DNA of 63,365 bases, filler included, from Octopus bimaculoides (Eukaryota): the NCBI RefSeq assembly GCF_001194135.2. It is 6 parts of 6 records of this genome, joined end to end, with 100 filler letters (N's around TTAATTAATTAA, not from the genome) between each part and the next. Parts side by side here need not be neighbours in the genome. Positions count along the whole stretch, not along the records: positions 24,417 to 34,084 come from NC_068996.1; positions 34,185 to 50,099 come from NC_069003.1; 4 more parts are not named here. One strand, 5' to 3'. The notes under the pieces are model-generated. The model searched no databases, was not told where the DNA came from, and saw nothing but the letters and a program-made list of their open reading frames with translations. The position numbers and the translations under genes are program-made. Each line of letters opens with the position of its first letter. Positions within the stretch are counted from its first letter, which is position 1. Positions 27,394 through 40,001 of this stretch are shown here, one piece after another.

Positions 27394-27751
27394 TTAAATG
27401 CATCGTTTAACAAGACAGCCAAATCCTGCCTGCCCAGTCAATTCAAGGCTTGGATATGCCAGCACGTCAGTCTGCTCAGGGCTTTGTGGTTACAGATAAT
27501 ATATGTTGTCATATGCTTACTGTAGAAGCATTGGTGAAGTCAAGTAGTCACTTGAGACTGTGTCTAGCTAGTATTGTTGTGTACTGATCCACTTAGATCT
27601 TAAGTTTCCTTCAGCAACCACACAAAACAATTTGTAGTGAGACAAATGAAAGGTGCTATGCAGTACAAAGACTCCAACAGCAACGGCTCAAATGAATATG
27701 GCATTGAGTTCTATGCAGATAGAAAGTGGAACGCTACTCAAGAGTCATAGG

Positions 27752-27875
27752 TTGGAATCTTGGGGTTAGCAGCCCGCGCTGTTAACCACTACGCCATATG
27801 CCTGTGGGCATGGTGGTTAAGAGTGCAGGCTACTAACCCCAAGATTCCAAGTTCGATTCCAGGCAGTGACCTGAA
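27752..27875. repeat. Divergent inverted pair of tRNA-like SINE heads
   Basis: Arms 27752-27789 and 27813-27850 are complementary at 34 of 38 positions. A-box TGGCGTAGTGG on minus, B-box GTTCGATTCC on plus. Confidence 0.85.
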
Positions 27876-28053
27876 TAACAACAGCAACATCATCATCATC
27901 ATCATCATCATCGTTTAACCTCGGCTTTCCATGCTAGCATGGGTTGGACGACTTGACTGAGGACTGGTGAAACCGGATGGCAACACCAGGCTCCAATCTA
28001 AATTTGGCAGAGTTTCTACAGCTGGATGCTCTTCCTAACGCCAAACAACAATA

Positions 28054-28118
<65 letters not shown>

Positions 28119-28122
28119 AATA

Positions 28123-28183
<61 letters not shown>

Positions 28184-28899
28184 CAACATCATTGAAAAAT
28201 ACCTTAGGGTTAGGGGTTCATTCATATTATGTCGTAAGGAGCATAGGGACAGTTTCTCAGTTTCTCTGGCCTCTATCCCTCCCTGGATGAGATACTAGTC
28301 TGTCACAGGAATTCTCATTTTTAACAGCTGTAAGGTGGTTGTTGTTAAGAAGGGCATCCAGTTGTAAAAACCCTGCCAAAACAGACAGTGAAACCTGGTG
28401 CAATCTTCTGCCTAGCCGGCTCCTGTCAAACCATCCAACCCATGCCAGCATGGAAAATGGCTGTTAATGATGATGATGATGATGATGAGTAGACAGGAAG
28501 GAGAAATGTGCTGTAGAGTGTTTTGCTCTTGAACACAACCACATTGCCTGATCGATGAATTGAAACCACAATCTTACAATCATGAATCCAACACCATAAC
28601 CACTAAGCTATGTGCCACTACATTATAATATAGGAGTTAATTATCGCAATTAATTTTTCATATGCATGCATGTAATGTGTGTGCATGAATGCGTGTATTT
28701 TCAGTGATTGTTGACTTCAAGTTTTACCGTTAAAACTGCCTTTCAAAACTTGGTGGTCGTGTGCTCTCAATTTCAAATACCACCATTTTCCCACAGCAAG
28801 CTTATGTCTGTAACAGGTTTGATGGCATTTCTGCAGCTGGCCCTCAGAGAACTACCAAGTTCTGATTTTGTTATATATATATATATATTTTGATGACAA

Positions 28900-30530
28900 A
28901 CGTAGCACATAATTTGGTCAAGAATCCTACCAACAGCAACTCCTCCCTTGAGCATACATCCAGAATTAACTTCCAGTCCAGCAGTAGATGATCCCACCTT
29001 TGGACATAATGAATATCTCCACTCTGCTGGGACCGTATGTAAATAAGCAAGTTGGGTCTGTATGCCGGTGTATCATCTTACATGTATGACACTCCAACTT
29101 TTAAGTGTAATGTGACCATACACTGTGCTGGCCAAATTATTTCTAAACCCTCTACCTTGCAGGAATATGGAGAACAAAGTGCAGACATACCTACCAGTTG
29201 AAAATCATTGTCTACTAGAATTAGTTCTGATTGAGCACCACTGGAGTTGAAGTAGATCTTCATTCCAGTGTCCAAGTTGGACAAACACAACTAAAACTCA
29301 GCAGGGTAATCCAATTTCTCCAAGATCCTCCATAATTCATTTCTATTCACTGAGTCAAAGTCTTTTATTAGATCTCCGAAAACTTAGTAAAAAATAACTC
29401 TTTGCTCTTTGCACTTTTGAAAATTGTCTGATGTTAGAGACTATGTCTGTGGTGTTTCTAGTAGATCTAAATCCATACTGAGACTCTGACACAATGATGT
29501 AGCATATAGATGTCTACAACAAAAACCAACAAGAATCTGTAGAATATCTTATCAACAGTTCCAAGTAACGAAATATGAAAGTTGCCACAGTTGGACTTGT
29601 TAATTTCTCTCTCATACAGTGAAATCACTATCACATCTTCCCAATCCTGAGGAACTGGTAAAATATTCCTCACATTGATGACAATTACAATGGTCACAAG
29701 ATCACACACCACATTTCACTATGCTCAATAACCTCAGCTGATATACCATCAGCTCTTGAAAGTTTCCTGCAGTTGATCTGTTTAATTGCAATTTTGTCTT
29801 GTTCTATAATTATTTCTACAATAAAATGATGCTTGAGTAGGTCTTCACCATGGATGGATGGTGAAAAAGACCAGTGAACTGTTCTGTTTCAGAAAACTTT
29901 CGGTGTTGCTGATTAAGGTGGATCCCGCTTTAGTACAGAGAAATGCAGTAGAATCAAATAACTGTTTAACAAATTGTACGTTGTTTTAGAATCTTCTTTC
30001 CATCTTTGACTAATTAGAAATGAACAACGGCAATGCATTCTTCATTGCCCTCTCTGAAAAGTTGATTTAAGTTGCAACAATAACTCTTCTATCTTCAAAT
30101 ATTCTTTTCTAGGTTAATTGATATTAAACAATCTCTTGTGTAATTATTGCTTCATGTCTAGAAACTCAGATATTTCAGAGTTATTTTCATTAAACCAATC
30201 TTTGTCTATGCTTGTCCTAAATTTCATGATATTGACAGTGGTAGCATAAACATTTTGTTTGAAGTTTGACCAAGAATCATCGACCAATTAATTTGCTACA
30301 GGGTCACATAAAACTGCAGATATTACAGGGTCACCGAGTTTATCAATATTTAACTGTTTTAAACCTTTGGATATAAATATTTTCCTAGCAACAAGCTGCA
30401 AATTTTGTTTGCACTCAAAGAGTCTTGTCTTGGCATTGATGGCAAAACAGCTTCTGTTGTGACTGTAGAGAACAATGTGTAAGTACAATGACTGCACTGG
30501 GAGGTGTTGTCTTGCCTTGGTGCCATTTTC
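28900..30530 (-). mobile_element. Degenerate RTE-clade LINE (endonuclease to RT region)
   Basis: Minus frames VPQDWEDVIVISLYE..NCGNF.ISLLGTVDKIFYR (RT motif 'PQDFKDA.II.LYK..CDN.RGISLLS.AGK') and KQLNIDKLGDP. Heavily decayed. Confidence 0.75.
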
Positions 30531-30712
30531 TGTAGAAGTTGGTAAATACGGAGCCTTTCTCTGTAATCCTGAATTGAAAGTCAAGTAGAAAGAGGGTTCT
30601 GGATTCACCTGGATGTTCAATCTTGAATTTGATGTTTATGTCAATGTTATTGAAGGCCCGGTGTATGTTAATAGCCTCATCCCTGGAGGATGTGATGATA
30701 AGGATGGTGCGA
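30530..30712 (-). mobile_element. Penelope-like RT/thumb fragment (inverted)
   Basis: Minus frame ILIITSSRDEAINIHRAFNNIDINIKFKIEHPGESRTLFLLDFQFRITEKGSVFTNFYRK. Confidence 0.85.
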
Positions 30713-31019
30713 TTTTCCTATTAAATATGCTTTCCTTCATCAGCAACCCTTGGCCTCTTCATTTATTTCTTTAAACTCTTGTCTAGTTCCAGTCTTCATT
30801 AGGAGAGATCATCAGCAACATCGTCCAACCTTTCAACGTTCATTGCAAGGACTTCATTCCTCACTTGCAAAAATCTTTTCAGATGAAGATGGGGTCATTC
30901 TTGTGTTCTCATACAGAAGAATATATTCCAATAGATTCAGAATGAAACCACAAATAACAAACTATGAAACATACTTCAGATATCCAATGTGATATACAAA
31001 TTTTGATGCGAATAAACTG

Positions 31020-31800
31020 CATACATGAGAAATGAGAAATGAAACTGCATGTATAAACAACAATTTCAGCAACATGACCAACAAAGCCGTCAACACCAAA
31101 CAGTTCCTCAGAAACTTAACCCTGAATGGCTACCCACAGCCTTTAGCTAAACAACAGCGCCTAAAAAAACACCAGGGTCAATAAACCACGGAAGAACCAT
31201 CACACTCCCAGTCCAGCATGGGCTTCCTAAAGCTACCACATTTCGACAACAGAACTACTGAAGCGATGCAACATGCAATCTACAAGGAAGGACTTGACAT
31301 ACAGATAGTACACACCAGCTCTTCCCTGAGAAAAGCTCTGCACAAGAGCAACACCTCTCACTACTCTGAGGAGTGCACATTATGGAACTGCTCCATCAAT
31401 GACCCTGAATTGTGCCAGAGGACCTATGTTATATATGAAATCATCTGTGGCAAATGTGACTCATCCTATGTAAGAGGCACAACAAGAAAAATTGCAGATA
31501 CCTATAAAGGAACACATGCAGGCAGACACTTCCGTGAAGAAACATCTACGGAAATGGCAGACCAGGGAATTCACAGTGCATATCAGGGCAACACAACGGA
31601 ACAGGAGCGACCTTAGAATCTCTGAGGCCATCCTCACACACCAAAGAAAACCAAATATCAACAACAGAAGAGTTACAGGAAACTAGCTGGTTGCTATAGC
31701 AACACCTTTCCACGCATGTCCACTGCACATATGTATATTGGTAAAATTCGTCAGTTTATTGAAAAGGGGGTCATAACCCTGAAATATAGAATAAAAAGTT
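31020..31800 (+). mobile_element. Penelope-like element 3' part (linker plus GIY-YIG endonuclease), pseudogenised
   Basis: RNE...FLRNLTLNGYP, then CQRTYVIYEIICGKCDSSYV and, after a frameshift, IKEHMQADTSVKKHL...LRISEAIL...KPNIN. Confidence 0.88.
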
Positions 31801-31902
31801 AAGTCCACATTAATTCATATTTGTTTTCTTGGGATTTGTCTTGCATTTACTTTGCATTGTTCTGGCCTTACCCACGATCCTTTATACAATATATATATAT
31901 AC

Positions 31903-31935
<33 letters not shown>

Positions 31936-32139
31936 TGTATGTATGTATGTATATGTATGTGTATATATGTATGTATATGTATGTATACATGGTGTTAGGA
32001 AGGGTATCCAACCATAGAAATCATCCCACAATGGACAGTTGGAGCCAGAATAGCCCCCTGCTAGCCAGTTCCATGTCAAACCATCCAACCTATGCCAGTA
32101 CGGATACCAGACATTAAATGATAAAATGATGATGATAGG

Positions 32140-32299
32140 TGCAAGAGTGAATGTGTGATCAGAAGCTTGCCTCCCAATTGCATGGTTCCGGGTGCAGTCC
32201 CACCGCGTGGCAACTTGATTGAGTGTCTTCTGCTACTGCCTTGGGCTGGCCAAAGCCTTATGAATGGATTTGGTAGACGAAAACTGAAAGAAGTCCATC

Positions 32300-32337
<38 letters not shown>

Positions 32338-32690
32338 NNNNNNNNNNNNNNNNNNNNNNNNNNNNNNNNNNNNNNNNNNNNNNNNNNNNNNNNNNNNNNN
32401 NNNNNNNNNNNNNNNNNNNNNNNNNNNNNNNNNNNNNNNNNNNNNATGTATATGTATATGTGTATATCTATATGTATGTGTCTTTGTGTCCATGTTTGTC
32501 CCCACCACTACTTAACAACCAGTGTTGGTGTGTTTATATCCCTGTAAATTAGTGGTTTAGCTAAAGAGATCAAAAGAATAAGTACCATGCTTAAAAAAAA
32601 GTACTGGGGTTGATTTATTCAACAAAAATTCTTGAAGGCAGTGCCCCAGCATGGCCGTAGTTTAATGAGTGAAAAAAATAAAAGAATATA
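32140..32690 (+). mobile_element. SINE family A (spans a gap)
   Basis: Head and tail both match. Confidence 0.85.
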
Positions 32691-32909
32691 AGAAAGAATG
32701 AATAAATCTTTTCTACTCGATTACATCAACTCCAGTACACAACTGGTACTTAATTTATCAGCCCTAAAAGGATGAAAGGCAAAGTTGACCGTGACGGAAT
32801 TTGAACTCAAAACGTAACGGCAGACGAAATACCACTAAGCATTTCGCCTGGCGTGCTAACGTTTCTGCCAGCTTGCCACTAAATAAAAGAATGTATGTAT
32901 GTATGTAAA

Positions 32910-33480
32910 CCTAAGACGAGGTTTAAGGATGGCATAAGGACTACTATGAAGTCACTTGGAATGGATCCAAAGGCCATAGAAACCCTTGCTTTGGATTGAG
33001 CTGAATGTATGACAAAAGGGTGGAGTGGAGCGAAAGCTTTTGAGGAGGCCAGAATAACATATGCAAGACTCAAGAGAGATTTAAGGAAGAATATTGCGAT
33101 CGAGGTGAACCACAATGACCTTTTTGTGTGCACAATATGTGACAGATGATGCCTTTCTTTTGCTGGGCTCAAATCTCATTTGCGGACCCATGATAAATGA
33201 ACCTCCACCAATTACTCTGCCTATATATATATATCTCTGCACACCTTTCAATGCTGTGCATGCCATAAGGTCTGAAAAACTAGCAGAGATCTTGAAAGGC
33301 ATTTTAAGATCCATGAAGATCAGAACTTAACTGCAGTTCTTCATGGTCCAAATCAGACATGCAACCTATGTGGGTGTTTTTTTAATACATTGTCTGGTTT
33401 GAAAGGTCACATCAGATGCCATGATGGATCTAAGGTGCAGGTACAGGAGGTTGTCAGTCTCTGCATAAGGACAACCACCA
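32910..33480 (+). mobile_element. RTE LINE 3' end with three C2H2 zinc fingers, 5'-truncated
   Basis: One frame: PKTRFKDGIRTTMKSLG...FEEARI...KRDLRK...CTICDR*CLSFAGLKSHLRTH...CCACHKV*KTSRDLERHFKIH...CNLCGCFFNTLSGLKGHIRCH. In-frame TGA stops, (TATG)n on both sides. Confidence 0.85.
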
Positions 33481-33679
33481 TTTATGTATGTATGTATGTA
33501 TGTATGTGAGTGTGTGTCTTTGTGTTTGTGCTGTGTTTGTCTATTCCACCAGTGGCCCCCACCACTTGACAACCACTTTTGGTTAGTTTATGTCACTGCA
33601 TGTTGCATTTCAGTAAAAGAATTTCATAGAAAAAGTGTAAAACTTAAAAAAAAAATAAGAACTGGAGTCGATTTACATT

Positions 33680-33810
33680 AATCACATTTGACGGATGTTT
33701 GTCCTCATCTTGTTTGTTGTTAACACAACGTTTTGGCTGATACACCCTCCAACCTTCATCAGGTGTTTTGGGACAAATTTTGAATCTGGGTTCTCATTCC
33801 TAAGGTATTT
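33680..33810 (-). mobile_element. Hammerhead-bearing Penelope pseudo-LTR-like repeat
   Basis: Begins at an (AAT)n tract with CATCGAAAAATACCTTAGG. A partial copy of this start occurs at about 28185-28210 on plus. Contains the 33722-33767 motif. Confidence 0.5.
33722..33767 (-). ncRNA. Type I minimal hammerhead motif with G12A substitution (probably inactive)
   Basis: Minus strand reads AACAC-CTGATGA-A-GGTTG-GAGGGTGTAT-CAGCC-AAAA-CG-TT-GTGTT. GAAA is replaced by AAAA, consistent with CpG decay. Confidence 0.7.
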
Positions 33811-34084
33811 TTCGATGTTATTATTATTATTATTATTGTTCAGTAGTTTTATTTTTATAATGTGCTTTCACTTCACTACCGAGCGCAGCTCTGTGCGCCT
33901 TGGGTATGTGCTGTGGTTTGCTGTGGTGCTCTTATGGTTACTGTATTGAAAGTGTTTTGCGTAAGATGTGTGCAGTGCCCAGTAGTTCAATTTTCTGTAT
34001 GTTATATATATTTGTAAGTCCTGGTGTTTTTGTTATGTATTTGTCTGAATATTTTTTTATTATACCTATCTGTGTGTATTGACA
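33811..34084 (-). mobile_element. Dong/R4-like (REL endonuclease) non-LTR element 3' end
   Basis: Minus frame ...NIQKIELLGTAHILRKTLSIQ* matches the 'QKxALLGTAHILRKVL' terminus, then a short UTR and a (TAA)n tail. Confidence 0.65.
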
Positions 34085-34184
34085 NNNNNNNNNNNNNNNN
34101 NNNNNNNNNNNNNNNNNNNNNNNNNNNNTTAATTAATTAANNNNNNNNNNNNNNNNNNNNNNNNNNNNNNNNNNNNNNNNNNNN

Positions 34185-34235
<51 letters not shown>

Positions 34236-34919
34236 TAAATTTGCACAAAGATAGTATTAACAGTTGTGACATCTTAATTCAAATCCTAGTGTTTGAATGT
34301 TTTGCTTATATATACATACATAAATACAACACACACTCACATATACACATACATACTTGTACGTGTATATATATAGATGCGTAAATTATATAAAGTCATA
34401 AAAGTACTAAAATTGTCCCTTTTCATCATGTTTTCTCTTCGTCTTGTCTGTTTTCTAACCTCTTTCTATAGTATACCACTCTCTCTCTCCCTCTCTCTCT
34501 CTCTGTCTCTCTCTATCTCTCTCTCTCTCTCTCCTTTTTCTCACTTCCTCTCTATTTCTTCCTCCACTCTCTTACTCCTCCTCCCCCTCTTCTCTAACCT
34601 CTACTCCACCTCGTCCCCACCCCTCCCCCCAGCCACCAGTCTCCCTTAAACCAAGCGCAGGGGGGGAAAGTATTCTCCATGTTCTGTTATTCAGCAGATG
34701 GACCGTTACCGAGGCACCGGGGTCGCTGACGATCCAACACATACACTCAAACCACACACAAACACACACACACATAGAGATATAAATACATACATACACC
34801 CACATCTTATAGATCCATACATACATAGATACATACACACACACATATAAAATACGAATACATATATGCTATATACATAATATATATACATTTACATGAA
34901 TAGATACATATAGACATAT

Positions 34920-34965
<46 letters not shown>

Positions 34966-35924
34966 CACACACATATATACATATATTTGTATATATATGC
35001 TTATACACACATAACGTACACATATACATGTTTATATACGTACACATTTATGTATAGATGTATATAAATATACATTTTATACACCCTAATTTGAATCTGG
35101 CAAAATGGGTTTATATATATCCAGCTTATTACAGGTAAGAATGTCTGTACAGTTTCTTGTTTTTATCTGATGCTTTGGTTCAATTACCAAACTTTTTATT
35201 TTTTCAAGATTTTAGAGGCTGTCATGGTCGGACAGTCTTGTATTTACAGTTGATGTTGGTGTTGCTGGAGGTGGTGTTTAACATTGTTGTTGTTCTAGTT
35301 GATGATGATGATGATGATGATGATGAAGGTGGTGATGGCAGTGGTGGTGGTGGTGGTGNNNNNNNNNNNNNNNNNNNNNNNNNNNNNNNNNNNNNNNNNN
35401 NNNNNNNNNNNNNNNNNNNNNNNNNNNNNNNNNNNNNNNNNNNNNNNNNNNNNNNNNNNNNNNNNNNNNNNNNNNNNNNNNNNNNNNNNNNNNNNNNNNN
35501 NNNNNNNNNNNNNNNNNNNNNNNNNNNNNNNNNNNNNNNNNNNNNNNNNNNNNNNNNNNNNNNNNNTACAATTAGTCATAAATTAAATTTACTTTAATGA
35601 TTGATAATGGTAACAACGATGATGATGATGATGATGATGATGATGGTGGTGTTGATGGTGATGATGATGACTTAGAATCAGGTCCAATGCCCAGTCAGAG
35701 GAGTGTCAACCTTGAGTATTCACCAGAGAGTACATCACTCCCTGACAAAAACAAAAAAAAAAAAGGATGCTTTACCATGGGAGACACCAACAACATTCCT
35801 ACTCCCCCCACCCACCCAATATGCATTCTTACCATTATTCCAACAAGTCTGGCAACCAACCACCTTAACTTACCCAAATACAATAAAGGAATTGACTTGT
35901 GCATACACACACACACACACACGT

Positions 35925-35976
<52 letters not shown>

Positions 35977-36191
35977 ATATGTATATATATATATGTATAT
36001 GTGTATATACAGATATATGTATATGTATATATACAGATATATGTATGTCACACTGGTTCCCCTCAAGAAGTGTTGTAAGGGTACACATGACCGTGGAGTG
36101 CACAGACATTTGCACATGAATTTCACAAGCAGGCTGTTCTGTTGATCAAATCAACATGAATACTCATTGTTGCAACCGACACAGTCCCAGT

Positions 36192-36238
<47 letters not shown>

Positions 36239-36779
36239 CATACATACACATGTATGGTTTGGGTGAATCACACCTGTTTCCTCTTGAAGTACATCTATTT
36301 ATTCCATTATTACAATCTGATATGTAGTCTCAGTTGCTGCTGTATATTAGTTCAAAATGCAAATTAAAATTGAGAATTATGGAAATATTATTTGCTGAGT
36401 TATTTGCTTGTATTTATTATACTTATTTATCGTGTATTTACTTATTAATTTTCTATATGTGACTGTAGATTTTCATGGATGAGTTCATGAACTTTGGTTC
36501 TTTTCTCTAAAATTATATATTTATATATTTTATACTGTGAAACTTAATTTAATTTTAATTTTTGATAGATTGAATTTAATTGAGTTCTTACCTGTAAATA
36601 CTCTGAATTTCTTAAAATTCTACAAAAGGATCGTTGGATTTACCTGTCATACCTGAGGATTTACCTGGGATTTATATTCTACAGACATTTACTGGAATCT
36701 GATTGTTGGAAATTTAACCTCATTCTTTTATACTGAGTGCTTACTTGATATCTGCCAGGATTTTTTAATTCCATTTTGT

Positions 36780-36874
<95 letters not shown>

Positions 36875-37993
36875 GTGTGTGTGTGTGTGTGGGTGTGTGT
36901 GTGTGTGTATATATATGTATGTGTNNNNNNNNNNNNNNNNNNNNNNNNNNNNNNNNNNNNNNNNNNNNNNNNNNNNNNNNNNNNNNNNNNNNNNNNNNNN
37001 NNNNNNNNNNNNNNNNNNNNNNNNNNNNNNNNNNNNNNNNNNNNNNNNNNNNNNNNNNNNNNNNNNNNNNNNNNNNNNNNNNNNNNNNNNNNNNNNNNNN
37101 NNNNNNNNNNNNNNNNNNNNNNNNNNNNNNNNNNNNNNNNNNNNNNNNNNNNNNNNNNNNNNNNNNNNNNNNNNNNNNNNNNNNNNNNNNNNNNNNNNNN
37201 NNNNNNNNNNNNNNNNNNNNNNNNNNNNNNNNNNNNNNNNNNNNNNNNNNNNNNNNNNNNNNNNNNNNNNNNNNNNNNNNNNNNNNNNNNNNNNNNNNNN
37301 NNNNNNNNNNNNNNNNNNNNNNNNNNNNNNNNNNNNNNNNNNNNNNNNNNNNNNNNNNNNNNNNNNNNNNNNNNNNNNNNNNNNNNNNNNNNNNNNNNNN
37401 NNNNNNNNNNNNNNNNNNNNNNNNNNNNNNNNNNNNNNNNNNNNNNNNNNNNNNNNNNNNNNNNNNNNNNNNNNNNNNNNNNNNNNNNNNNNNNNNNNNN
37501 NNNNNNNNNNNNNNNNNNNNNNNNNNNNNNNATATATACACACACACATACACACACATATACGTACACATATGTACATTGTATATATACATGTATATAT
37601 GTATATGCGTCTACATACATTCATGTACAGTCATGAATGGATATGTGTAGTGAGTTTCAAACACAAACACACACAAACACACACACAAACACACACACAC
37701 ACACGAACACACACACAAACACACACACCCACCTTGTACACAGATGTGAAGTTATGTCATGTCACTCCCTGACACAAATTTCTATAACATAGCATTATGT
37801 TAGGAGTTGAGTAATGTGTCGTAATGGGTGGGCATGTGTAGGTGGATGAGAGAAGCAGATGGAAGAGAAAAACGTTGGTGGGGCAGAGAGGTGGGGGAAG
37901 TGGGGAGTGCTCTGAACCAGCAGGGTTGATGGAGCTGGTGTGGTTTTGTTGAAGAGAGTTGGGTGGGAGTCATAGAGATTTGGGTTACAGGAA

Positions 37994-38033
<40 letters not shown>

Positions 38034-39690
38034 TGGAGAGAGAGAGAGACAGGGAGAGTGAGAGAGAGAGAGAGAAAGGGAGAGGGAGAGAGAGAGAGAG
38101 TTGTAGTTATGAGGAAAGGACAAAACAACATAACTTTTGTATTTCTCTGACTTGTAGCCCCCTCTTTTCTTCATCTTTCATCATTCTTTTGTTTTCCCTT
38201 CATCATCATTTTCTTTATTCACAGCATTTCTTCAGACCCTAAACCAATAACCCAGCCTCATCTAACTTTACTCATATCATAATACAGCTCCATCACTCAG
38301 ATATATATATATATATATAGATAGATAGATAGATAGATATAATACATATTTAAATATTTAGATATAATTTCAAGTATAAAAATAAAATAAATAAACATAT
38401 TCTTTGATCAAGACATAACAACAACAGACACAACAGCAATAAACAAAACGTCAATATTCAGAACATATACATATATATATATATGTATGTATATGTATTA
38501 TNNNNNNNNNNNNNNNNNNNNNNNNNNNNNNNNNNNNNNNNNNNNNNNNNNNNNNNNNNNNNNNNNNNNNNNNNNNNNNNNNNNNNNNNNNNNNNNNNNN
38601 NNNNNNNNNNNNNNNNNNNNNNNNNNNNNNNNNNNNNNNNNNNNNNNNNNNNNNNNNNNNNNNNNNNNNNNNNNNNNNNNNNNNNNNNNNNNNNNNNNNN
38701 NNNNNNNNNNNNNNNNNNNNNNNNNNNNNNNNNNNNNNNNNNNNNNNNNNNNNNNNNNNNNNNNNNNNNNNNNNNNNNNNNNNNNNNNNNNNNNNNNNNN
38801 NNNNNNNNNNNNNNNNNNNNNNNNNNNNNNNNNNNNNNNNNNNNNNNNNNNNNNNNNNNNNNNNNNNNNNNNNNNNNNNNNNNNNNNNNNNNNNNNNNNN
38901 NNNNNNNNNNNNNNNNNNNNNNNNNNNNNNNNNNNNNNNNNNNNNNNNNNNNNNNNNNNNNNNNNNNNNNNNNNNNNNNNNNNNNNNNNNNNNNNNNNNN
39001 NNNNNNNNNNNNNNNNNGGGTGTGAGTGTGGGTACAAAGCTACTACTGTACTTCACTGTACTCTTTTGTGTTTTTTTTTATCTGTTGTTGGTGTTATTTT
39101 TAACTTTTTTCATTTTACTTTTTGATTCAGCTGGGTATGGCGTGGGTGGATCTATACACACATGCATATGTATATACAAATACACACACACATATATATA
39201 TATATCCACTTATACATACACACACACCCTCGCATCCTTAGGCTAACACATGCATGCATACACACATTCATTTACACATGTGATACATATATCCACACAT
39301 ATTTACATAGATGAAGATAAGCAGGGACACTACACACACACACACTACACACACACACACTCACACACACACACAAACGTGCATAGTTTCAGCCACTTTC
39401 ACACACATTGTTTTCCTCTTTGTCTGTATTTCTTCCTTTCTTTCTCCCTCTCTCTTTCCCCCTCCTTCCATCTCCCCCTCTCTCCTTTATCAATTCTATT
39501 CATGCATCTATTTGCCAGTCTGCTTATCTTTCTCTCTCTCTCTCTCTCTCTCTCTACAAATACATATATAAATACATACATATGTAGCCGTATACATACG
39601 CACACACATGTATATACAGTGCTTATGTGTGTGTGTGTGTGTGTGTGTGTAGACATTAATAAAAAATAATACATGAAATATATACATATA

Positions 39691-40001
39691 GGCGCAGGAG
39701 TGGCTGTGTGGTAAGTAGCTTGCTTACCAACCACATGGTTCCGGGTTCATTCCCACTGCGTGGCACCTTGGGTAAGTGTCTTTTACTATAGCCTCAGGCT
39801 GACCAAAGCCTTGTGAGTGGATTTGGTGGACGGAAACTGAAAGAAGCCTGTCGTATATATGTATATATATATGTATATGTGTGTATGTGTTTGTGTGTCT
39901 GTGTTTGTCCCCCCAACATCGCTTGACAATCGATGGTGGTGTGTTTAGGTCCCCGTAACTTAGCGGTTCGGCAAAAGAGACCGATAGAATAAGTACTAGG
40001 C
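39691..40001 (+). mobile_element. SINE family A (tail in gap)
   Basis: GGCGCAGGAGTGGCTGTGTGGTAAGTAGC head and matching body. Confidence 0.9.

Noticed and set aside
27811-27872. Functional tRNA-Ser gene
   Set aside because: No acceptor stem or long variable arm. It is a SINE head.
27957-27980. CTGAGGA-CTGGT-GAAAC in SINE-C as a minimal hammerhead
   Set aside because: No stem II, no U16.1, no stem I.
39022-39135. Hydrophobic frame (KLLLYFTVLFCVFFY...) ending at GG|GTATGG in phase 2 as possible CYP exon 1
   Set aside because: Hydrophobicity derives from a T-rich tract, there is no ATG (abuts a gap), and it is 13 kb upstream with candidate opposite-strand exons between. Not excluded but unsupported.
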